Below, in pieces: positions 51,599 to 60,530 of a DNA stretch of 64,000 nucleotides. Under the pieces are notes generated by a model, which saw only the letters and a list, made by a program, of their open reading frames with translations, was not told where the DNA came from and did no database searches. How positions within the stretch are numbered: the first letter of the stretch is position 1; every line of letters begins with the position of its first letter. Location: assembly GCA_041660565.1 (NCBI GenBank), contig JBAZWC010000001.1:238481-302480 (forward strand), given 5' to 3'. The position numbers and the translations under genes were made by a program. Source of the stretch: Patescibacteria group bacterium (GTDB lineage: Bacteria; Patescibacteriota; UBA1384; CAJBMM01).

Positions 51599-51696
51599 TA
51601 AAAAGAATCATTCCAAATGTTTTAAAATTAAAAATTAAAAATTTAAAATTTTGCTTATGTCTATCCCCCATCACAATATCGAGTCCAACATTCGTC

Positions 51697-51725
51697 TTGA
51701 CATGATTATATTATTGTAGTATATC
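51697..51725 (+). promoter_or_regulatory. promoter TTGACA-N17-TATATC
   Basis: cttgacatgattatattattgtagtatatc upstream of RBS aaaggg and ATG 51759. Confidence 0.5.
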
Positions 51726-51758
51726 TAAATTATCCTGCAAGTCGAAAGGGTTAGTCCG

Positions 51759-51947
51759 ATGCCAGAGAGAGACACGCAGTCCCGCAGTGGCAGTATCGAA
51801 GTGACAGTGGGCTCCGGCCGCGATGGCGGCACCGGCCAGTCGACGACCGACATGCTGATCATCGATCACGACAGCCGCGACGGTAGCCACGACCACGTGG
51901 TCATCAGCGAGTCCGGCGAGACGCTGCACGACACCACCCGCAAGTAG
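51759..51947 (+). CDS. GC-rich small acidic low-complexity protein (62 aa), hypothetical
   Basis: ~63% GC ORF with its own promoter, RBS and the duplicated terminator. Confidence 0.3.
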   Translation: MPERDTQSRSGSIEVTVGSGRDGGTGQSTTDMLIIDHDSRDGSHDHVVISESGETLHDTTRK

Positions 51948-52045
51948 GAAGTGCACGGAGGGCTAACGCTCACACCGACACTTCCTGGGCAGATACCTCT
52001 ATCGGAGGCGTCTGCCTGTAATCATAGAACAGGGCCTCACCAAAG

Positions 52046-52090
52046 GCCGGCAGTCCACCACGGACTCCCGGCCTAATTCTTTGCCAATTT
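52046..52090 (+). terminator. second copy of the ggccggcagtccaccacggactcccggcc terminator
   Basis: identical 29-nt hairpin + taattctttgcc. Confidence 0.6.
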
Positions 52091-52102
52091 TTGTTTTCCC
52101 CT

Positions 52103-52348
52103 GTCATTCCGGATTTAATCCGGAATCTATTCCTATGGTGTCATTCCCGCGAAGGTGGGAATCCAGCCTATAAAAAACCGTCTTTCTTCTGGATCCCCGA
52201 ATAAAATGTCGGGGATGACAATTTAGTCAAAACCGTGCTCAAAAGAGAACCGTCCCCTATCCTTTGTCATTCCGGGCTCGACCTGGAATCTATATAGATA
52301 AAACTTCCATACACAGTAAAAATTAAAAAATTTAAAATTTAAAATTCC
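52103..52348. repeat. cluster of palindromic elements: type A (52103-52132), type B (52139-52175), type D ATCCCCGaataaaatgtCGGGGATGACA (52192-52224), composite type A + AT-rich (52266-52348)
   Basis: each has a perfect 7-8 bp inverted repeat; type B is near-identical to 19276-19312. Confidence 0.7.
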
Positions 52349-53094
52349 ACGGTCTTAACCGCCTCGGTGTAACCACAATAATCACAACTTGGATTGGCTT
52401 CTGGAATACTATCACTATTCAAACACTCATGTGCTTTAAGCAACGTGCCATCTATCCAACTGTCACTGCCCTTATACGCAATTAGCGTAATATCAAACTC
52501 TAACTTGGCGTCAAACGCGCTTTTGTCTGTGCGCCCGTTGCAATACACAAAATAGCCGGTATCAGAAACCTTGTAACCATTTTGCCTCAAGAGCCACTGA
52601 TACACCTCCATCTGCCGCTTATACCCGTCTTGCCACTCTTTATTAAGCTCGGTTATTTCCTCGGCTTTAGAGGTAGATTTATAATCCACCACAATATATT
52701 CACCTTGTGAGTTCTGCCACAAATCGTCAATTGCACCAAAGACTAAAAAGTTGGTTTTGGGATGCAAAAACTGCACGCCGGTAAAGTTATGCCGCCATTT
52801 TTCTAAATCTTCATGCGCCACCGGCACCGCATCTACTCCGTATTTCTGAATCAGCGGATGTTTGCTACCTTTAGCACGGTAGATATCGAATTCGAGTTTT
52901 AACAGGTGGTCAACGGCGGAGTTTAGGGCAAATGGGAATCCGGGTGGTCTGCCAACCCCTAGCCGGCGGTCTAGGTAGAAACACCGCGGGCATTCGGTAA
53001 ATAGGTCAATTTTGCTGCGGGATAACTTAAACGGCTCTGACGAATTAGGATCGTACAAGCCTTTTACTCGTTGTGGGGTGTAATATTCGTACAT
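52339..53094 (-). CDS. PD-(D/E)xK nuclease, Cas4/RecB-like with FeS-type cysteines
   Basis: GAIDDLW ... IVVDYKST (D...D-x-K); Cys at C35-x2-C38 and C225...C238-x2-C241; 4 nt after the upstream gene. Confidence 0.6.
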   Translation of the reverse strand: MYEYYTPQRVKGLYDPNSSEPFKLSRSKIDLFTECPRCFYLDRRLGVGRPPGFPFALNSAVDHLLKLEFDIYRAKGSKHPLIQKYGVDAVPVAHEDLEKWRHNFTGVQFLHPKTNFLVFGAIDDLWQNSQGEYIVVDYKSTSKAEEITELNKEWQDGYKRQMEVYQWLLRQNGYKVSDTGYFVYCNGRTDKSAFDAKLEFDITLIAYKGSDSWIDGTLLKAHECLNSDSIPEANPSCDYCGYTEAVKTVEF

Positions 53095-53097
53095 GAT

Positions 53098-55914
53098 TTA
53101 TAATTCTTTCTTAAAATCTAATTTCCTGGCTCTCTGCCGCAACGCCTCTTTACCACCCTCGAGCACATCAATTATCCTGTCTCTGATTTCTATATTTTCA
53201 ATAGAACCGGTTAGGTAATCAAAGTTATATTTTCCCGCGCTATGTCTTGAATTACTTGATACCAACACCTCTTCTGAATCAGCACAAACAACCAAACTTC
53301 CGTTATGAGAAACAATAATAATTTGCCTATCCTCCTTTTCGGACTTTATAAAGTTGACAAGGTCAGTCGCTACGCCACCAACGTCTAAGTCATCTTCAGG
53401 CTGATCTATTAATATAGGATACTTTTCGTCATCAAATCTAAATACCAACTCGAGCAAGGCAATTGCTTTTTGCCCTCCTGTCATATCCTTAAAAGCCGTG
53501 TCATTCTCCTTGGTTTTTACCGAGTTAAGATAATCAATCTCGTATCGGTTCTTTATTAATTGGGAAATTACCTGTGAAACATCAGATGCGTCAACCTTGA
53601 TTTTAATCTTGTTATTCACGAGATTAACTATTACTTTCCTAAGAGTATCATTACTTAACTGAGCAGTACTCTCACCAAAGAATTGAGTAATATCTGGTTC
53701 CTGCTTTAAGCTTGCGTCTGTGTCACGGGTGTTAATGTTTCGCTCCACGAACCTCTTTAGATCTTCGCTATTATATTCTGTGACAATATCAATATTCAGG
53801 AATGTAAATAGGTCATCAAACCGCACGGTTTCAAATACTGTTTTACGCTGATAATCATACTCTTTGTATATGTTGATTAAGGAATCGATTGCCTCTTTTT
53901 GCTGTACGTCTGATTGTTGAAGAATCTTTGTAAGTTCATCAATTTTTTTAATCGTATCCTGAAGTCCTGCTAGCTCCTTAGTCAATGTCTCGAGGGCCGT
54001 ATTTAGTTTGATTTTCTCATTGAGTGTACTAACGATCGCGCTATTCTCCTTGATAACTGTTTCGCAACTGTTAATTTCAGTTTTAATACTATCAATCTCT
54101 GCTTTTATTAGAACACTCAAACTTTCTTTTCCTTTTCTGACCAATTCATCGCGAATTAATTTCTGTCTCTCGAGTGAGAGTCTGCTAAATTCCTGGTTTG
54201 ATACATAGACTCCTGCGCCCGTCTTATCAAGAGTCTCAAGGATTGTTTTGTCCTGAGACAGCAGCAGAAGGAATTTCTGATTATCAGCAATGAGGCTCTT
54301 AGCATCCGAGTATTCTTTAATTTCCTCATCAGATATAGATGTGCTACCTGAGACCTTATATTTTTTAATTTCAACATTTTTATTTGCAATTTCTTTTTCA
54401 ATCTCAATTTTCGATCCTTGTTTTCTTATAAGAAGTGCGGTTTCGTTATTAGTAGATTTGGCTGATAGCAAGCTTTCAATTAATGCCTCTGCTTTAACTT
54501 TGTTATTTGAAGTTAACTCTTCGTAAACTTGAATCGCATTCGCAAACAATGAATGCTTTTTAAGTAATCGGGTTAAGAACTGATCCCTTTCTGCCGCTTT
54601 ATCCCCATCGTCATACGCTAAGGAACTCAAATAATTTTGGGGTATATAAAAAACGCTTTTTGGGCTGTCATTGCTACCATGATCTTCCTGCCCATCAACC
54701 CATATAACTTTCACCGAATCTAATGGATACAGATTGGCGGGCTTATCTTTTTCAGTAAATTGTGCTGGATCGACATTATGCGCGATATTTCTTAGCAACG
54801 TAGACTTCCCGCTACCGCGAACACCGATGATTGAGTTAAGATCCTGGTTAAACACAACAGTTTTGTCCTGTTGATCAGCGTTCTTGTATGTAGCTCTATC
54901 AATTATTATCCGCCCTGACTTACTATCGCCAGGATTTCTTTCCTGGATTCGTACTCTATCCTTTGGTTCCCATAAAACCTGTTTTAAACCTTCAAAACTT
55001 GTATCCGCTTTTATCCAGCAAAATAGATTATTATCTGGATTAAATAATTTTGCTTCCGTATGGGCATCGCATCCGTGAACGCAAGGTTTTAATGATCCGC
55101 ATTTACTAATAACTGTTTCCCTGTCATCGGTTTTTTCTCCCAGAAAGTATCGTCTATCTTCAGGATTGCCGGAAAAGATTGCATTAGAAATAGTATAAAT
55201 AGATTTTCTTACAGCATCGAGTTGGCTTGCAGCATCATTTTCAAATAGATCGTAATGTTTTTGTAAACCCGAAGCACCATCTACACAGGAATTACTAACT
55301 ACAATAATTACCTTCTCGCGGAAGTTGGCGTTAGCTTCATAAAGGGCATGTAATTGGCTGTGATCGACGACAAACGAATCTATCCCTTTTTTGTAAGCGG
55401 CTACATCACTTAAGTTTGAATCGATAAATTTTCCCAACCCTATAAACCCAGCTTGATTCATTTTGAACTTTCGGCCAGGCTCAGCAGCATACTCTATAGA
55501 ATTAAATAGATCGTTGTCTATATTTGCAACAAAATCAGGATTAAGTATACAGTGTATATTCACGAGCCGCCCATGATCTGTAGAGGGCATCATTCGCAAC
55601 TCGATGTTTGGTATAATAAATATTTCTTTGATCTTCACTTTTTCCTCTGGTAAGAATACAGGCTCGCCAGATTCGTTTGTTTCATGGAAACTGTCAATAT
55701 TATCGACGAACTCTTTAACCTTTTTGTAGTTATCAATATTAAAATAGTCAGTAATTCCAATTACGACGATTTCTTTTGATAACGCTTCCCTTAATAGAGT
55801 CGTGCAAAACTGGCCGAAGGATTGACTTGTAAACCTATCATTTTTAGCAGTATCTTTTGTATGAACATGTAGATCCCACCTTGCCCATATTGAACCGCGA
55901 GGATTGTTACGCAT
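53098..55914 (-). CDS. PHP-domain phosphoesterase fused to SMC/Rad50/SbcC-like ABC ATPase with long coiled coil (Ppl-like)
   Basis: N-term WDLHVHT (PHP motif); GVRGSGKSTLL Walker A; ~450-aa coiled-coil; MTGGQKA signature; PILIDQPEDDLD Walker B/D-loop; IIIVSHN H-loop. Confidence 0.7.
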   Translation of the reverse strand: MRNNPRGSIWARWDLHVHTKDTAKNDRFTSQSFGQFCTTLLREALSKEIVVIGITDYFNIDNYKKVKEFVDNIDSFHETNESGEPVFLPEEKVKIKEIFIIPNIELRMMPSTDHGRLVNIHCILNPDFVANIDNDLFNSIEYAAEPGRKFKMNQAGFIGLGKFIDSNLSDVAAYKKGIDSFVVDHSQLHALYEANANFREKVIIVVSNSCVDGASGLQKHYDLFENDAASQLDAVRKSIYTISNAIFSGNPEDRRYFLGEKTDDRETVISKCGSLKPCVHGCDAHTEAKLFNPDNNLFCWIKADTSFEGLKQVLWEPKDRVRIQERNPGDSKSGRIIIDRATYKNADQQDKTVVFNQDLNSIIGVRGSGKSTLLRNIAHNVDPAQFTEKDKPANLYPLDSVKVIWVDGQEDHGSNDSPKSVFYIPQNYLSSLAYDDGDKAAERDQFLTRLLKKHSLFANAIQVYEELTSNNKVKAEALIESLLSAKSTNNETALLIRKQGSKIEIEKEIANKNVEIKKYKVSGSTSISDEEIKEYSDAKSLIADNQKFLLLLSQDKTILETLDKTGAGVYVSNQEFSRLSLERQKLIRDELVRKGKESLSVLIKAEIDSIKTEINSCETVIKENSAIVSTLNEKIKLNTALETLTKELAGLQDTIKKIDELTKILQQSDVQQKEAIDSLINIYKEYDYQRKTVFETVRFDDLFTFLNIDIVTEYNSEDLKRFVERNINTRDTDASLKQEPDITQFFGESTAQLSNDTLRKVIVNLVNNKIKIKVDASDVSQVISQLIKNRYEIDYLNSVKTKENDTAFKDMTGGQKAIALLELVFRFDDEKYPILIDQPEDDLDVGGVATDLVNFIKSEKEDRQIIIVSHNGSLVVCADSEEVLVSSNSRHSAGKYNFDYLTGSIENIEIRDRIIDVLEGGKEALRQRARKLDFKKEL

Positions 55915-58750
55915 TAGTAATCCTTAATAGTCCGGGCACTGTTGAGTGAACCGTTATCCTATCAGTCGGGACAATAATGTATCTCCATGGTTTTATAATG
56001 CCATTAGATCCAATATTTCTCGAAACCAGATCACAATACTTCTCAGCTGTCTTCTTTTTCTCTTGAACATTATGGGCCAGTATTTCACTTTCTGGTTTCA
56101 CTTCAACCATTACAATTTCATGCTCCAATTCGACTACAAAATCTGGTTCATATCTATGTTGCGATTCACCGTTTTCGTCACGCCAGTATAAGCCTTCAAA
56201 CTGATTGGGTGCCGGTCGAAGCCAATCTATGACAGATCCATCCCTTTCTAGAAGATACGCTAAGCGAACTTCGTCCGAGGAATCAAATCGATATTTAGAA
56301 TGACAGGCTTTTTGAAACTTGCCATAAAGCAGTTTGGCGTTAAATGTATCCACCTGCGAATCAAGAAAAACAACCTTTTCATCAAAAGATTCGGAAATAT
56401 TGTACTGTTCCAGATATGGTTTTGGTTCTCGTATATCCGATTCAAGATATCCTTCAGACTTTAGCTCCTTATGTTCTAAAATCTGCTTATAGATATCCTC
56501 GGCGATTGAACGTGCGTTACTTTCAATTATTAAGGCCAAATTATCCTCGTCGATTGCCTTTTTACGGTAATATACCACTGCTTGTTCCGCCAACTTGAGA
56601 AGTAATGGTTTTTGAGCTGGGTCATCATAATCAACCAACGGAAAGTCCAATAGTGCAGCGATTATCGTGCTTTGTGGGGATTGCCTATAATGCGCTCCAA
56701 AACTACTGATTCTCGTCACCTCGCTCACCCTGCGACCAGGGACTTCTTCTCCGAATAGGTTTTCCTCATGCTCATTCTGTAGTTGCTCTTCAAGAATAGC
56801 CCGTTCGTTGGTATAGGTACGCAACATTCCAAAACTTGTATCTAAGTCAAAATGTTCAATGGATAGCTCTCCAAAATGTGGAGTGAGAATTAGGCGCGGA
56901 ATGGGTATATTTCTTTTTTCCATTGTTGCGGCAGATTCTTTTGCAATCTTAGAAAGTTCATCTTTTACCTCATCGCTGAAAGAACCAAACAGAGTATCGG
57001 GGCCAAATGAGATCTCTGTGGGCGCACCAGATTCCTGACCGTAATAATTAGAAAATGTGAGGCTCTTGATCGTCTCTCTAGTCAACCCGCCAACAATTTC
57101 ATCTTTCTTAGCCTCGGCGAATCTTTCTCTGACAGATTCATCCATACTTTCACTTTGAGGGAAGCTAGCAACAATCGCTTCAACCTTCTCGTCTACTGCC
57201 CGCATCACCAAATTATTTTGGGTTATCTCCCTCATTAGAACATCAAGAATCACCGGTTGGACTTCGGCTAATACTTTAACCTCTTTTGCCTCGCGTTCAG
57301 ATATCTGCTCTACCTGTCCTTGAATAAGTGGTGAATCTTTAGCAAGCGCAACTACTTTAGAATACTGTTCATGGGCAACAAGCACTAATCTATCCACCAA
57401 AGGAACGCCGGTTCGTTCTCCGTAAGGCAATCGCAAACCGCGCCCAATGGTTTGCTCAGTTAGAATTGCAGCGGCTGATTCACGTAGGGGCGCGATGGTA
57501 TAGACGTTTGTAACATCCCAGCCCTCTTTAAGCATGTTGACATGAATCACAATCTCAATCGGATTGTCGGGATGCTCAAGAGAGATTAGTTTCTCAATAT
57601 TTTCATCAGCCTCATCCCCGCGAAGTCTTGTATGTATTTCAATTACTTTTCCGGCAAACTCTCCGGCACGGAAGTTCTCACTTTCAATCAGGTTTCTTAG
57701 CTCTCCTGCATGCGTTGTGTCTTTAGCCACAACCAGCATAACTGGCTTTACAACCGATCTATTGTTTTCTAGCGCATATTCTTTTAAGGCATTCTTAGCT
57801 CGTTCGTGAAAAAAGGCGGCTAGTTGTAATTTACGGGCATCAGTATCAATCGAATCCGGATCAAATTGGCTGAAATCCACATCAGCTTCAGTACCGATCC
57901 ACGGATCCTTAACTAGTTTACCTCGAATGGCATCACCAAGATTATATGAATACAAAACATTTTTCATTCTGGTCTGAGTTGCATTTCTGCCTGTGCCTTG
58001 AGTGCCCAAATAAGGCGTTGCAGTCATCTCCAAGCCAAATAGAGGATCGAGTATATCAAGTGCCCCAAGCGCGGCATCAGCGTGGTAATGATGGGCTTCA
58101 TCAAGCATGACCACTAAATCGTCGTGTTCCTTAAGGTAATCAAAATACGACTCGCCAGCTGTTTCCCAAGCTTTCGTTATACCTCGTTCATTGGTCATGT
58201 CTCTCTGGGCAAACTGCTGAACATTAAAGATATTTATCTCAATCTGGTTGCCAAAAAGAGTGTACCCGCGCTGTTTTGTATAGTTATCAACTGTAATTAC
58301 CTTGGCTGTGTTGATATTTATCTCTTGGATACCTTTGAAAACATACTTTGGGTTATTTGCTTTACTAAAATCATCAAATAGCTTTCGGTAGATAGTTAGG
58401 TTGGGGGCAACTATCAAAAAGTGCTGGATGTTATAAACCAAGTATAAATACGCTACAAAAGCACCCATTAATCTGGTTTTACCCACTCCAGTGGCCAGAG
58501 CGAAAGTGTAAGCGGGGAATTTTCGCTCAAATTCCTCAAACCCGCGCGCTTCAGGGACAGTGCTAAAATATTCTCTGCTTGTTTCCAATATTTCAGCAGT
58601 ATCGCCTCGATTCGTTTTCTTCATGCGGGCTAACACCCTTTGCCCAGCTTCTGATTGTAAGTAATTAGCAAATATCTCTAAACTTTTGAGCTGCGGATCG
58701 CGCAGGCTCATTGCATTGTTGATATATACAAGTGCTTCTTGTGGAGTCAT
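55907..58750 (-). CDS. Type III restriction Res-like protein: DEAH helicase + C-terminal PD-(D/E)xK endonuclease
   Basis: FALATGVGKTRLMGAF (motif I), VVMLDEAHHY (DEAH), TIGRGLRLPYG (motif VI), C-term YEPDFVVELEHEIVMVEVKPE. Confidence 0.75.
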   Translation of the reverse strand: MTPQEALVYINNAMSLRDPQLKSLEIFANYLQSEAGQRVLARMKKTNRGDTAEILETSREYFSTVPEARGFEEFERKFPAYTFALATGVGKTRLMGAFVAYLYLVYNIQHFLIVAPNLTIYRKLFDDFSKANNPKYVFKGIQEININTAKVITVDNYTKQRGYTLFGNQIEINIFNVQQFAQRDMTNERGITKAWETAGESYFDYLKEHDDLVVMLDEAHHYHADAALGALDILDPLFGLEMTATPYLGTQGTGRNATQTRMKNVLYSYNLGDAIRGKLVKDPWIGTEADVDFSQFDPDSIDTDARKLQLAAFFHERAKNALKEYALENNRSVVKPVMLVVAKDTTHAGELRNLIESENFRAGEFAGKVIEIHTRLRGDEADENIEKLISLEHPDNPIEIVIHVNMLKEGWDVTNVYTIAPLRESAAAILTEQTIGRGLRLPYGERTGVPLVDRLVLVAHEQYSKVVALAKDSPLIQGQVEQISEREAKEVKVLAEVQPVILDVLMREITQNNLVMRAVDEKVEAIVASFPQSESMDESVRERFAEAKKDEIVGGLTRETIKSLTFSNYYGQESGAPTEISFGPDTLFGSFSDEVKDELSKIAKESAATMEKRNIPIPRLILTPHFGELSIEHFDLDTSFGMLRTYTNERAILEEQLQNEHEENLFGEEVPGRRVSEVTRISSFGAHYRQSPQSTIIAALLDFPLVDYDDPAQKPLLLKLAEQAVVYYRKKAIDEDNLALIIESNARSIAEDIYKQILEHKELKSEGYLESDIREPKPYLEQYNISESFDEKVVFLDSQVDTFNAKLLYGKFQKACHSKYRFDSSDEVRLAYLLERDGSVIDWLRPAPNQFEGLYWRDENGESQHRYEPDFVVELEHEIVMVEVKPESEILAHNVQEKKKTAEKYCDLVSRNIGSNGIIKPWRYIIVPTDRITVHSTVPGLLRITNA

Positions 58751-58753
58751 GGC

Positions 58754-60526
58754 CTAGTCGCTTTCCTCATCATTTTCTAATTCTTCCATAGCTGTTTCCT
58801 TAATTGGCAGTAAGTATTCTTTCTTGCCAAAATGACAGGCTTTCAGCACTGATTGTGGAATCTTCTTGATCGTAATTCGACTATCAATTTTTTCCGCGCC
58901 GGGCTCAAACTTCTTGGGACAAATAATCAATGATTCGCCATCGGAAAGATGGCCCACAATCTGTTGAACCATTCCGCATGTTAAGAGTTGGGTTGTGACA
59001 TAAAGGTAGTTCTTACCTTGGCCCATACCGTGTTTCCAATATTCAGTTTGGCTTGGCTGATAAGTGAAATTCATCAGCTTGCACATGGCTTTAATAAGCT
59101 TTGTATCGTTGTAATAATCGTCAATTATTGGGTTACCAAACTCATCTTTGATGATAAAACTTGGGGCTAACTCATAGAATTTGTATGCACCTCCACCTTG
59201 CCATTCTAAGGTTTTACTGATACCACCTTGATCTAGACCGCTAATGACCTTATCTAATCTTACCTTGCAGTGTGTGAATGCATGATCGCCCATTTCAATT
59301 CCAAGATATCTACGTCTCATTTTATGTGCGACAGCGCATGTTGTACCAGAGCCCAGGAAAGAATCTAGTACGATATCATCCTCATTTGTAGACATTCGTA
59401 TTATTCTCTGTAGCAGTGATTCCGGCTTTTTACCGTTTGGGAAAAGTACCCCGCCTTCTTTTGTAACATTAATCCAGCTAAAACCATCCCAGTAGGTACC
59501 AATTTTTTCCTTTTTGTATATCTTTCCTTTTAAAAGTGTTGCGGTATCTTTGAGCCAAATCACAAGAACTTTTTGTTTTCCCATAAAAATAATATCTATT
59601 TTATTATCTTTATTTCTTCCGGACTTGGGGCTATAAGAAGCAATGAACATATTATTTTCACTATCCGTAGCATCCCAAACTCTGGTTCTGATCGATGTTT
59701 GAGCATTTGTTGTGGTAATTATTTTGTCAAAATATTTTATATACACTTCATTCTCAGAAATGCCTTCAAGCTGAGCTATTTGTTTTACGCTTTTTATGTC
59801 GTAACTTTTAACTTCGGATATTACTATATCATCGCCGCTTCCGTCCTTAATGATTTTATACGGAACGACATTATCAATCTTATAAAGTACGGAGGTGTAT
59901 TTAAAACTTTTTTCGTCATCTTTCATTCGAGCAATATAACTCATCAGCTCTGTTTCCTTATAAACAGGTTCAAACGGCAAAAAAGAATTTGTTTCTTTGC
60001 AATATACTAATATATATTCAATGTTCTTCTTTAGCCTTATATCTTCACCGCCCCCACTGGCACCGGCACTAACTTTTGAATTCACCGAGATAGTATTGAT
60101 AAAGTTATTTCTTCCAAAAACTTCATCCATTAATACCCTAAGATACGGTTGCTCAACATCATCAATTTGAATAAAAATAATTCCATCTTCTTTAAGAAGC
60201 ATCCTCAATAATTCTAGCCTTGGTTTCATCAAGGATAGCCAAGTACTATGCTCTACGCTGTCATCGTAGTACTCAAATGCGTTACCGGTGTTATATGGCG
60301 GATCAATATATATACATTTTATTTTACCCTCATATTCAGGGAGTAGAGCTTTTAGTGCGAGAAGATTATCCCCGTGAATAATCATATTCTCGGTATTTGG
60401 ATCATTGGCACAATTTGAAAGCTCAGGGTTTTCTTCTAAGATTCTTGGCTCGATGTTAGCAATATCGTACTCGGGATTATTTTTCCCAATCCAGGTTAGT
60501 TCTAGTTTTTGTTTGTTGTTTGTCAT
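58754..60526 (-). CDS. beta-class N6-adenine/N4-cytosine DNA methyltransferase (Type III Mod-like)
   Basis: CIYIDPPYNTG (motif IV) N-terminal to DSFLGSGTTCAVA (motif I); IIHGDNLLALKAL. Confidence 0.8.
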   Translation of the reverse strand: MTNNKQKLELTWIGKNNPEYDIANIEPRILEENPELSNCANDPNTENMIIHGDNLLALKALLPEYEGKIKCIYIDPPYNTGNAFEYYDDSVEHSTWLSLMKPRLELLRMLLKEDGIIFIQIDDVEQPYLRVLMDEVFGRNNFINTISVNSKVSAGASGGGEDIRLKKNIEYILVYCKETNSFLPFEPVYKETELMSYIARMKDDEKSFKYTSVLYKIDNVVPYKIIKDGSGDDIVISEVKSYDIKSVKQIAQLEGISENEVYIKYFDKIITTTNAQTSIRTRVWDATDSENNMFIASYSPKSGRNKDNKIDIIFMGKQKVLVIWLKDTATLLKGKIYKKEKIGTYWDGFSWINVTKEGGVLFPNGKKPESLLQRIIRMSTNEDDIVLDSFLGSGTTCAVAHKMRRRYLGIEMGDHAFTHCKVRLDKVISGLDQGGISKTLEWQGGGAYKFYELAPSFIIKDEFGNPIIDDYYNDTKLIKAMCKLMNFTYQPSQTEYWKHGMGQGKNYLYVTTQLLTCGMVQQIVGHLSDGESLIICPKKFEPGAEKIDSRITIKKIPQSVLKACHFGKKEYLLPIKETAMEELENDEESD

Positions 60527-60530
60527 AGCT

